Below are positions 7,952 through 15,349 of a stretch of DNA of 32,000 bases, in pieces. Below the pieces are notes generated by a model. That model saw only the letters and a program-made list of their open reading frames with translations, had not been told where the DNA came from and did no database searches. The position numbers and the translations under genes are program-made. Position 1 is the stretch's first letter. Each line of letters starts with the position of its first letter. Origin of the DNA: an uncultured Oscillospiraceae bacterium (lineage in GTDB: Bacteria; Bacillota; Clostridia; Oscillospirales; Oscillospiraceae); NCBI GenBank assembly GCA_944385765.1, contig CALWYL010000006.1, forward strand, positions 18,220 through 50,219, written 5' to 3'.

Positions 7952-8977
7952 GTGACCATCAAGGATATAGCGAGGCTCTGCGGCGTCTCGGTGAGCACGG
8001 TGTCCCGTGTGATAAACGACCGGCCCGACGTCAGCCCCGCGGTGCGCGCGGCGGTCCTGGAGGCCGTGAGGAAGAGCAACTACATACCCAACAACAGCGC
8101 GCGCGTCCTGGTCAGCTCCAGTTCCGACGCCGTGGGCCTGGTGGTCCGCGGCCTCTCGAACCCCTTCTACTCCGACATCATAAAGGTCATCGGCCGCAGC
8201 ATCGACGAGGCCGGCTACACCATGGTGATGCAGCAGATAGGCTCCCGCGAGGACGAGATACAGTGCGGCGCCGTGATGGAGCGGGAGAAGAAGCTCCGCG
8301 GCATCGTGTTCCTGGGCGGCCGCTCGGATTACACGGCTGAGGAGCTGCGCCCCATCACCGTCCCCTTCGTCTGCTGCTCTTACGACAACAGCTTCGGCTC
8401 CCTGGGAGCCGACAGGCTCTCCACCGTCTCCATCGACGACGGGCAGACGGCCTACAGCGCGGTCTCCCGGCTCTGCGCGCTGGGGCACAGGCGCATAGCC
8501 GCCCTGGTCTCGGAGACGGACGACCGCTCGATAAGCGAGCTGCGCTACCGCGGCTACCTGCGCGCCCTCGCCGACCACGGCGTGGAGCCGGACCCCGCCC
8601 TGGTGGCCTGCGCCGGCTCCTTCGGCCTGGAGGACGCCTACCGCGCCACCCGGGAGCTGGTCGCCGGCGGCGCCGGCTTCTCGGCCATGTTCATCATCGC
8701 CGACGCCATGGCCATCGCCGCCGTCAAGGCCCTGGAGGACTGCGGGCGCGAGGTCCCGCGCGACTGCTCCGTGATAGCCGTGGACGGGCTGCCCCTCTCG
8801 CAGTACATCCACCCCACCCTCACCACCATGTGCCAGCCCTCCGAGCGCATGGGCGCGGAGAGCGTCCGCATACTGCTGGACATGATAGAGGGCCGCTCCG
8901 GCAACCGCCGCCTGGTGCTGGAGAGCGAGCTGCGAGGCGGCGCCTCCGTCGCCCCTCCCCGGGGTGCGGCGGACTGA
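7952..8977 (+). CDS. LacI-family transcriptional regulator
   Basis: 341 aa with a GTG start. The N-terminal HTH is canonical (MTIKDIARLCGVSVSTVSRVINDRPDVS) and is followed by a periplasmic-binding-protein-like sugar-binding domain. AAGGGG lies 9 nt upstream. Confidence 0.92.
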   Translation: MTIKDIARLCGVSVSTVSRVINDRPDVSPAVRAAVLEAVRKSNYIPNNSARVLVSSSSDAVGLVVRGLSNPFYSDIIKVIGRSIDEAGYTMVMQQIGSREDEIQCGAVMEREKKLRGIVFLGGRSDYTAEELRPITVPFVCCSYDNSFGSLGADRLSTVSIDDGQTAYSAVSRLCALGHRRIAALVSETDDRSISELRYRGYLRALADHGVEPDPALVACAGSFGLEDAYRATRELVAGGAGFSAMFIIADAMAIAAVKALEDCGREVPRDCSVIAVDGLPLSQYIHPTLTTMCQPSERMGAESVRILLDMIEGRSGNRRLVLESELRGGASVAPPRGAAD

Positions 8978-9039
8978 AAACGATGTTTTTGCGGCCACAG
9001 GCCGTGAAAATAAATTTTAATAGGAGATGTAGATTGAAC

Positions 9040-10431
9040 ATGAAGAAGTTTCTTGCACTGCTTCTAGCTCTCATGATGGTGTTCGCGCTCGCCGCCTGCG
9101 GCGAGGAACCCGCCGAGGAGAGCCCGGCCCCCGCCGAGAGCGAGGAGCCCGCTCCCGCCGAGAGCGAAGAGCCCCAGGAGGAAGAGCCCTCTGCCGAGGG
9201 CGGCAGCGTCTACTACATGAACTTCAAGCCCGAGCAGGACGCCCAGTGGCAGGAGCTCGCCCAGATTTACACCGATGAGACCGGCGTCGAGGTCACCGTC
9301 TACACCGCGGCGGCCAACCAGTACGAGACGCAGCTCACCAGCGAGATGGCCAAGGACGAGGCGCCCACCATCTTCCACGTCAACGGCCCCGTCGGCCTCA
9401 ACAACTGGAAGGACTACTGCTACGACCTCTCCGGCAGCGCCCTCTATGAGCAGCTCACCAGCCCCGACTACGCCCTCACCGACGGCGACGCCGTTCTCGG
9501 CATAGCCTTCGTCATCGAGAGCTACGGCATCATCGTCAACAAGACCCTCCTCGAGCAGGCCGGCTACACCGTGGACGACATCCAGAACTTTGAGGACCTC
9601 AAGGCCGTCGCCGAGGACATCACCGCCCGCAGCAGCGAGCTGGGCTTCGCCGCCTTCACCAGCGCCGGCATGGACGCCAGCAGCGACTGGCGCTTCAAGA
9701 CCCACCTCGCCAACCTGCCCATCTACTTTGAGTACCAGGATGAGGGCATCACCTCCACCCCGGCCATCAAGGGCACCTATCTCGACAACTACCGCGCCAT
9801 CTGGGATCTGTACATAAACAACTCCACCTGCGACCCCTCTGAGCTCACCATGAAGACCGGCAACGACGCCACCAACGAGTTCGTCTCCGGCCAGGCCGTG
9901 TTCTATCAGAACGGCTCCTGGGCCTACGCCGATGTGGTCGGCGAGGGCAAGCTGGCCGAGGAGGACGTCACCATGATACCCATCTACTTCGGCGTGGGCG
10001 ACGAGGCCAACCAGGGCCTGTGCACCGGCAGCGAGAACTACTGGTGCGTCAACAAGAACGCCAGCCCCGAGGACATCCAGGCCTCCCTCGACTTCCTTGA
10101 GTGGTGCGTCACCGACGAGACCGCCCTGCAGTGCATCACCGGCGGCGAGGGCGCCATGCCCAGCGGCGGCGCCGGCATGGGCTTCGCCATCCCCTTCAAG
10201 GCCGCTCCGGAGAGCGCCAACCCCTTCGTCAAGCTCGACGCCGAGATGACCGCGGCCGGCAAGACCCCCATCAGCTGGAACTTCACCACCATGCCCAGCG
10301 AGGAGTGGAAGACCCAGCTCGGCTCCGCCCTGTCCATCTACGCCGCCGACCAGAGCGACGCCAACTGGGACGGTGTCGTCCAGGCCTTCGTGGACAACTG
10401 GGCCGCCGAGTACGAGCTCGCCAACGGCTGA
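9040..10431 (+). CDS. extracellular solute-binding lipoprotein of a carbohydrate (CUT1) ABC transporter
   Basis: The start is taken at MKKFLALLLALMMVFALAACG (signal peptide plus lipobox LAAC), in frame with track ORF 8830..10431. An acidic linker is followed by a family-1 sugar-binding fold. AGGAGA lies upstream. Confidence 0.9.
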   Translation: MKKFLALLLALMMVFALAACGEEPAEESPAPAESEEPAPAESEEPQEEEPSAEGGSVYYMNFKPEQDAQWQELAQIYTDETGVEVTVYTAAANQYETQLTSEMAKDEAPTIFHVNGPVGLNNWKDYCYDLSGSALYEQLTSPDYALTDGDAVLGIAFVIESYGIIVNKTLLEQAGYTVDDIQNFEDLKAVAEDITARSSELGFAAFTSAGMDASSDWRFKTHLANLPIYFEYQDEGITSTPAIKGTYLDNYRAIWDLYINNSTCDPSELTMKTGNDATNEFVSGQAVFYQNGSWAYADVVGEGKLAEEDVTMIPIYFGVGDEANQGLCTGSENYWCVNKNASPEDIQASLDFLEWCVTDETALQCITGGEGAMPSGGAGMGFAIPFKAAPESANPFVKLDAEMTAAGKTPISWNFTTMPSEEWKTQLGSALSIYAADQSDANWDGVVQAFVDNWAAEYELANG

Positions 10432-10467
10432 GCTGACAGCCGCCCAACTAGAAAGCAGCAGCTTTCC

Positions 10468-10500
10468 GGGGCCGCCGGGCACACCGGCGGCCCCGTTTTC
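10468..10500 (+). terminator. intra-operon terminator/attenuator after the binding-protein gene
   Basis: An 11-bp stem GGGGCCGCCGG / CCGGCGGCCCC with loop GCACA is followed by GTTTTCA. It starts 37 nt after the binding-protein stop and lies upstream of the permease genes. Confidence 0.6.
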
Positions 10501-10590
10501 AGGGCCCATTATCCGCCGCCCGGGCAGGCCGCGCGCCTTGGGGGCGCGTTCCGCCCGGACGGCGAAACAAACTACCTGGGGGGGATACAA

Positions 10591-11442
10591 TTGGAAAAAG
10601 CTATAAAGAAATGGTGGCCCCTTTTCGTCCTGCCGACTCTCCTGGCCTTCATAATAGGCTTCATCATCCCGTTCGTCGAGGGCGTATACCTGGCCTTCTG
10701 CCAGTTCACCACGGTCCGTGACGCCACCTTCACCGGCCTGGGGAACTTCGCCCGCGCCCTGTCGGACAGCACCTTCACCCACGCGTTCTGGTACAACTGC
10801 GCCTTTGTCGTGGTCAGCACGCTGACCATCAACATAGGCGGCCTGGCCGTGGCGCTGATTCTCACCAAGGCCATCCGCGGCACCAACGCCTTCCGCACGG
10901 TGTTCTTCATGCCGAACCTGATAGGCGGCATAGTCCTGGGCTACATCTGGCAGATACTGCTCAACTGCGCGCTCGCTCTGCTGGAGCAGCCGCTTCTGAA
11001 GCTGGACGCCACGGCGGGCTTCTGGGGGCTGGTGATTCTCATGGCCTGGCAGCAGATAGGCTACATGATGATAATCTACATCGCCGGGCTGCAGAGCATA
11101 CCGGAGACCCTGCTGGAGGCCGCGGAGATAGACGGCGCCACCCCCTGGCAGAGTTTCTGGAAGGTCAAGCTGCCCAACCTGATGCCCAGCATCACCATAT
11201 GCCTCTTCCTCACGATTACCAACAGCTTCAAGCTCTTCGACCAGAACATGGCCCTCACCGCCGGCGACCCCGCCCACCAGAGCGAGCTGCTGGCCTACAA
11301 CATCTACTACACCTTCTACGGCCGCTCCGGCCCCCAGTGGAGGGGCATCGGCCAGGCCAAGGCGGTCATCTTCTGCCTCATCGTCGTGGCCATCTCCCTC
11401 ATCCAGCTCCGCGCCACCCGCAAAAAGGAGGTACAGCAGTAA
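10591..11442 (+). CDS. carbohydrate ABC transporter permease (MalF/UgpA-like)
   Basis: 283-aa polytopic ORF with a TTG start. The EAA-type loop (EAAEIDGATPWQSFWKVKLP) is typical of CUT1 permeases. Confidence 0.9.
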   Translation: MEKAIKKWWPLFVLPTLLAFIIGFIIPFVEGVYLAFCQFTTVRDATFTGLGNFARALSDSTFTHAFWYNCAFVVVSTLTINIGGLAVALILTKAIRGTNAFRTVFFMPNLIGGIVLGYIWQILLNCALALLEQPLLKLDATAGFWGLVILMAWQQIGYMMIIYIAGLQSIPETLLEAAEIDGATPWQSFWKVKLPNLMPSITICLFLTITNSFKLFDQNMALTAGDPAHQSELLAYNIYYTFYGRSGPQWRGIGQAKAVIFCLIVVAISLIQLRATRKKEVQQ

Positions 11443-12284
11443 TGACAAAGGCAAGAAAGGGCCCCAACCGCCTCTGGAGCATCATCATGACCGTGGTCTG
11501 CGTCCTCTGGATGTACCCCATCTTCATGGTGCTCATGAACTCCCTCAAGGTGGAGAGCGCCATCAGCACCTCCACGGCCTTCCAGCTCCCCACCGCCGAG
11601 ACCTTCGCCGGCCTCGCCAACTACGAGAACGCCATCAGCACCCAGGGCTTCCTGCAGAGCCTCTTCTACACCGTGGTGATAACCGTCACCAGCGTGTTCG
11701 CCATATTGGTGTTCTGCAGCATGTTCGCCTGGTACATCACCCGCGTGAACACCTGGGTGACCAAGGTGCTCTATCTGCTGTGCGCCTTCTCCATGGTCGT
11801 GCCCTTCCAGATGGTGATGTTCACCCTGGCCTCCCTGGCCGACACGCTGGACCTCAACACCCCCTGGGTGCTCTGGGTGGTCTACCTGGGCTTCGGCGCG
11901 GGCCTGGCGGTGTTCATGTTCTGCGGCTTCATGCGCAGCGTGCCGCTGGAGATAGAGGAGGCCGCCATGATAGACGGCTGCAACCCCGTCCAGACCTATT
12001 TCAAAATAGTGTTCCCCCTGCTGCGGCCCACCATGGTCTCCGTGGCCATCCTGGAGGCCATGTGGATATGGAACGACTACCTCCTGCCCACGCTCATCCT
12101 GGACGTCAACAAGTACAAGACCATATCCATGCTGATACAGCTCTTCCGCGGCAGCTTCGGCCGGGTGGAGATGGGCCCCATGATGGCCTGCATCATGCTC
12201 GCCATACTGCCCATCATCGTGATATACCTGCTGGGCCAGAAGCACATCATCAAGGGCGTCCTCTCCGGCGCCGTGAAGGGGTGA
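11442..12284 (+). CDS. carbohydrate ABC transporter permease (MalG/UgpE-like)
   Basis: The ATG at 11442 overlaps the preceding stop (TAATG). It has an EAA loop (EEAAMIDGCNPVQTYFKIVFPLL) and a polytopic profile. It is in frame with track ORF 11199..12284. Confidence 0.9.
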   Translation: MTKARKGPNRLWSIIMTVVCVLWMYPIFMVLMNSLKVESAISTSTAFQLPTAETFAGLANYENAISTQGFLQSLFYTVVITVTSVFAILVFCSMFAWYITRVNTWVTKVLYLLCAFSMVVPFQMVMFTLASLADTLDLNTPWVLWVVYLGFGAGLAVFMFCGFMRSVPLEIEEAAMIDGCNPVQTYFKIVFPLLRPTMVSVAILEAMWIWNDYLLPTLILDVNKYKTISMLIQLFRGSFGRVEMGPMMACIMLAILPIIVIYLLGQKHIIKGVLSGAVKG

Positions 12285-12290
12285 GCCGCC

Positions 12291-13844
12291 ATGCAGAGAA
12301 AAAGCGGCATACTGATGCCCATCTCCTCCCTGCCGTCCAAATACGGCATCGGCACCTTCGGCCGGGAGGCCTATAAGTTCGCCGATTTCCTCTCGGCGTC
12401 CGGCCAGAGCGTGTGGCAGATTCTGCCCCTGGGCCCCACGGGCTACGCCGACTCCCCCTACGCCTCCTTCTCCACCTTCGCCGGCAACCCCTACTTCATC
12501 GACCTCGACATGCTGATAGCCGACGGGCTGCTGAAGAGGTCCGAGGTCACGGGCATAGACTGGGGCTCCGACCCCCGCCGGGTGGACTACGGCAGGATTT
12601 ACGCCCACCGCTTCGAGCTGCTCTCCCTGGCCTGCGGGCGTGGCTGGGAGCGCGACGCGGAGCAGGTCTCCGCCTTCCGCGCGGCCAACATCCGCTGGCT
12701 GCCTGACTACGCCCTCTTCATGGCCCTCAAGCGCCACTTCGGCATGAAGAGCTGGCAGGAGTGGCCGGACGACGACATCCGCCTCCGCCGCAACGGCAGC
12801 GTGGAGCGCTACACCGAGCTGCTGCGGGAGGACATCCGCCTCTTCACCTACATCCAGTTCCTCTTCTACCGCCAGTGGGACGCCCTGCGGGACTATGTCC
12901 ACTCGCTGGGCATAGAGATTGTGGGCGACCTGCCCATCTACGTGGCCCCCGACTCGGCCGACCTCTGGGCCGAGCCGCAGTTCTTCCAGCTCGACGCGGA
13001 CCTGCGCCCCACGTGCGTGGCCGGCGTCCCCCCCGACAGCTTCACGGCCGACGGCCAGCTCTGGGGCAACGCGCTCTACGACTGGGACGCCATGAAAGCC
13101 GACGGCTACGGCTGGTGGATTCGCCGCATAGAGGGCGCGCTCAAGCTCTACGACGTGATACGCGTGGACCACTTCCGCGGCTTTGAGAGCTACTGGAGCG
13201 TCCCCGCCGGGGCGGAGACGGCCCGCGGCGGTGAGTGGCTGAAGGGCCCGGGCATGGACCTCATAGGCGTGCTCAAGGGCTGGTTCCCCCAGGCCAAGTT
13301 CATCGCCGAGGACCTGGGCTACATGACCCCGGGGGTGATAAAGCTGCTGGAGGACTCCGGCTTTCCCGGCATGAAGCCCCTGCAGTTCGCCTTCGGCGAG
13401 GGCGGCGAGGGCTTCCTGCCGCACAGCTACGGCTGGAACAGCATCTGCTACGTGGGCACGCACGACAACCCCACGCTCCGCCAGTGGCTGGGGCTGCTGA
13501 CGAAGCGCGAGCTCAAATTCGCCCGGCGCTACTGCGCCCTCAGCGAGGAGGAGGGCTACGACTGGGGCATACTGCGCATGGGCCAGCTCAGCCCCGCGCG
13601 CCTCTTCGTGGCGGCGATGCAGGACTACCTGGGCCTGGGCGCCGACTGCCGCATGAACACCCCGGGCATCACCCTGGGCAACTGGCGCTGGCGGGCGCTG
13701 CCCGGCGAGATAGACAGGCCGCTCGCCCGGCGCATCTATGAGCTGACGCGGATGTACGGCCGGCTCAATCCCCTGAGCCCGGAGCCGAAAAAGAGCAAAA
13801 AGACGGCCTCTCCCCCGCCCGCCGCGGCGGCGGAGAGCGAGTGA
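12291..13844 (+). CDS. malQ: 4-alpha-glucanotransferase (amylomaltase, GH77)
   Basis: 517 aa with a canonical MalQ N-terminus (RKSGILMPISSLPSKYGIGTFG...WQILPLGPTGYADSPY) and GH77 motifs (IRVDHFRGF, AEDLG, GTHDN). Confidence 0.95.
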   Translation: MQRKSGILMPISSLPSKYGIGTFGREAYKFADFLSASGQSVWQILPLGPTGYADSPYASFSTFAGNPYFIDLDMLIADGLLKRSEVTGIDWGSDPRRVDYGRIYAHRFELLSLACGRGWERDAEQVSAFRAANIRWLPDYALFMALKRHFGMKSWQEWPDDDIRLRRNGSVERYTELLREDIRLFTYIQFLFYRQWDALRDYVHSLGIEIVGDLPIYVAPDSADLWAEPQFFQLDADLRPTCVAGVPPDSFTADGQLWGNALYDWDAMKADGYGWWIRRIEGALKLYDVIRVDHFRGFESYWSVPAGAETARGGEWLKGPGMDLIGVLKGWFPQAKFIAEDLGYMTPGVIKLLEDSGFPGMKPLQFAFGEGGEGFLPHSYGWNSICYVGTHDNPTLRQWLGLLTKRELKFARRYCALSEEEGYDWGILRMGQLSPARLFVAAMQDYLGLGADCRMNTPGITLGNWRWRALPGEIDRPLARRIYELTRMYGRLNPLSPEPKKSKKTASPPPAAAAESE

Positions 13845-13849
13845 ACTCC

Positions 13850-13877
13850 GGAGGGAGGGCCATTCAGCCCTCCCTCC
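13850..13877. terminator. GC-rich hairpin between the convergent malQ and parB-like genes
   Basis: An 11-bp stem GGAGGGAGGGC / GCCCTCCCTCC with loop CATTCA. It overlaps the last codons and the stop of the minus-strand gene. There is no U-tract on either side, so terminator function is uncertain. Confidence 0.35.
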
Positions 13878-14706
13878 TCTCTTCAGGCCCCTCCCGGCCC
13901 TTTTTGGGTATGGAGATGGTGACGATGAGCTCCTCGTCCGTCTCCCGTTTTTTCATCCCCGCCTCTATGCCCCCCCGCTTCATCACGTCCAGGCTGTGGC
14001 TGAGGGAGTTCAAAAACACCCGCACGTCCTTGAGTATGAAGGCCCGGCGGCGCTCCGGCGCCTCCCGCTCCGGCGGCGGCGAGAGCAGCTGCTCCACATA
14101 CTCCTCCGTCTGGGCCACGTTCAGCGAGTGCTCTCTTATGTACGCCAGCGCCGCGCGCTGGGCCTCCGGCGCCGGCAGGCGCAGCAGCGCCCTGGCGTGC
14201 CTCTCGGTGAGCCCGGCGCCCTGCGCATCGGAGAGCACGTCCGGCGGCAGCTTGAGCAGCCTCAGCTTGTTGGCCACGGCGCTCTGGCTCTTTCCCAGGC
14301 GGCGGGCGGCCTCCTCCTGGCTGAGGTCGAAGAGGCGTATCAGGTTCGCTATGCCCTGCGCCTCCTCCACGAAGTCCAAATCCTGCCGCTGCACGTTCTC
14401 CACCATGGCCAGCACGCTGGACTCCTCCATGTCCACGTCCAGCACCACGCAGGGCACCTTCTTCAGCCCCGCCAGCTTGGCCGCGCGCAGCCGCCGCTCG
14501 CCGGCCACCAGCTCATAGCGCCCGTAGTGCAGCCGCACGGACAGCGGCGATATCACGCCGTACTCCCTGATGCTCGCCGCCAGCTCGGCCAGCGCGCCCT
14601 CGTCAAAGGTCCGCCGCGGCTGATTGGGGTTGGGGTCTATCTCATTCACGGCCAGCTGCACGATACCCGCGCGCCCCAGCCGCGGCCTGGCAATAACGCC
14701 CTGCAT
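13864..14706 (-). CDS. ParB/Spo0J/Noc-family protein (CTP-binding ParB N-domain + HTH), orphan copy
   Basis: It has the ParB box (ISPLSVR...YELVAGERRLRAAKLAG), an HTH (SQEEAARRLGKSQSAVANKLRLLKLP) and a Noc-like C-terminal segment (ILKDVRVFLNSL...LIVTISIPK). I place the start at the ATG at 14706, which has AAGGAGA 7 nt upstream. The track start at 14712 is a GTG. Confidence 0.85.
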   Translation of the reverse strand: MQGVIARPRLGRAGIVQLAVNEIDPNPNQPRRTFDEGALAELAASIREYGVISPLSVRLHYGRYELVAGERRLRAAKLAGLKKVPCVVLDVDMEESSVLAMVENVQRQDLDFVEEAQGIANLIRLFDLSQEEAARRLGKSQSAVANKLRLLKLPPDVLSDAQGAGLTERHARALLRLPAPEAQRAALAYIREHSLNVAQTEEYVEQLLSPPPEREAPERRRAFILKDVRVFLNSLSHSLDVMKRGGIEAGMKKRETDEELIVTISIPKKGREGPEERREG

Positions 14707-14793
14707 GGACACGTCTCCTTTGCGTCGTTTTTCAAAATATTACCCCCCGGGCGGCGCAAAATCCCGCGAAAGCTGAGGCCGCGCCATCCCCCC

Positions 14794-14822
14794 AAAAAAG
14801 GCGGCGGACCTCGCGGTCCGCC
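14794..14822 (-). terminator. terminator-like hairpin upstream of the parB-like gene
   Basis: On the minus strand, GGCGGACC-GCGA-GGTCCGCC (8-bp stem, GNRA loop) is followed by GCCTTTTTTGGGGGG. It lies about 85 nt upstream of the parB-like start codon, and no minus-strand CDS lies upstream of it. Confidence 0.5.
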
Positions 14823-14952
14823 AAAACAGGGTTGTGGGATAAAGATATGAGCCGGGTCCCCGCATGATGGCCTCCCTCGCGGGCTGGCCAGCAATTGGAT
14901 AAGCTGTGATTAGAGAATACACCTCCGCGCCCGGGTTTGCAAGAGCGAAGGC

Positions 14953-14981
14953 TGTCGAACGGGCACTAGTTTTGTCGAACG
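14953..14981 (+). promoter_or_regulatory. two tandem Spo0A-type boxes (TGTCGAA)
   Basis: The identical 9-mer TGTCGAACG occurs at 14953-14961 and 14973-14981, a 20-bp period in the same orientation. Each contains a perfect match to the 0A-box heptamer TGTCGAA. Both lie in the intergenic region between the parB-like and DUF378 genes. Confidence 0.4.
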
Positions 14982-15033
14982 CATAAAATTCCCTCTCCGC
15001 GGGCATGATAGCTGCGAAAAGGAGGCTGAAAGC

Positions 15034-15246
15034 ATGATAATGGACCGCATAGCCCTCACCCTCGCCATCATCGGCGGCATCAACTGGGGCAGCGTCGGCC
15101 TGTTCCGCTTCGACATAGTCGCGTGGCTCTTCGGCGGGCAGACCGCGACGGTGAGCCGCGTGATTTACACCTTGGTGGGCCTCTCCGCCCTCTGGTGTGT
15201 CACGCTGCTCTTCCGCCGCCGCGAGGAGGACGCGCAGGGCGTGTGA
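15034..15246 (+). CDS. DUF378-domain small membrane protein
   Basis: 70 aa with two transmembrane helices and the family signature (IALTLAIIGGINWGSVGLFRFDIVAWLFG). AAAAGGAGG lies 8 nt upstream. Confidence 0.85.
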   Translation: MIMDRIALTLAIIGGINWGSVGLFRFDIVAWLFGGQTATVSRVIYTLVGLSALWCVTLLFRRREEDAQGV

Positions 15247-15349
15247 GCGCGCGGCGCGGGCGCCGCGCGCCGGCGCCCGCGCTGAGTGTTCACACAATAG
15301 GCAAGATTTCCCGCCCTCCGCGGTTTAAAATATCCCCTGGAGGTGGAAC

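Noticed and set aside
8975-8988. cre/LacI-like half-palindrome TGAAAACGATGTTT before the binding-protein gene, with a weak TTGCGG-16-TAAATT promoter (8989-9016).
   Set aside because: It is only partially symmetric, with 12 of 14 matches to the cre pattern and a broken right arm. It is unrelated to the strong GTTRCCGGYAAC operators. Not convincing as a separate control site without data.
7892-8998. 368-aa minus-strand ORF covering the LacI-family gene, and the 131-aa ORF at 7945..8340.
   Set aside because: They are antisense to, or out of frame with, a canonical LacI-family protein. The composition is biased and there is no RBS.
8830-9039. N-terminal 70-aa extension of the binding-protein ORF as given in the track.
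   Set aside because: The extension overlaps the end of the regulator gene and is Arg/Pro-rich. A proper signal peptide and lipobox with an upstream AGGAGA starts at 9040.
14826-15010. Possibility that the non-coding region is a known housekeeping RNA (SRP/4.5S, 6S, tmRNA, RNase P) or a tRNA.
   Set aside because: I could not find the SRP GGAA-tetraloop/AGCAGCC helix-8 motif, a tRNA-like T-arm with acceptor pairing, or other recalled signatures. It is kept only as an unclassified candidate RNA in the findings.
14646-15297. Minus-strand ORFs 14646..14894, 14740..15297 and 14910..15116 spanning the intergenic region and running antisense to DUF378.
   Set aside because: No RBS, and the peptides are biased toward Arg, Pro and Ala. 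They overlap a well-supported DUF378 gene on the other strand.
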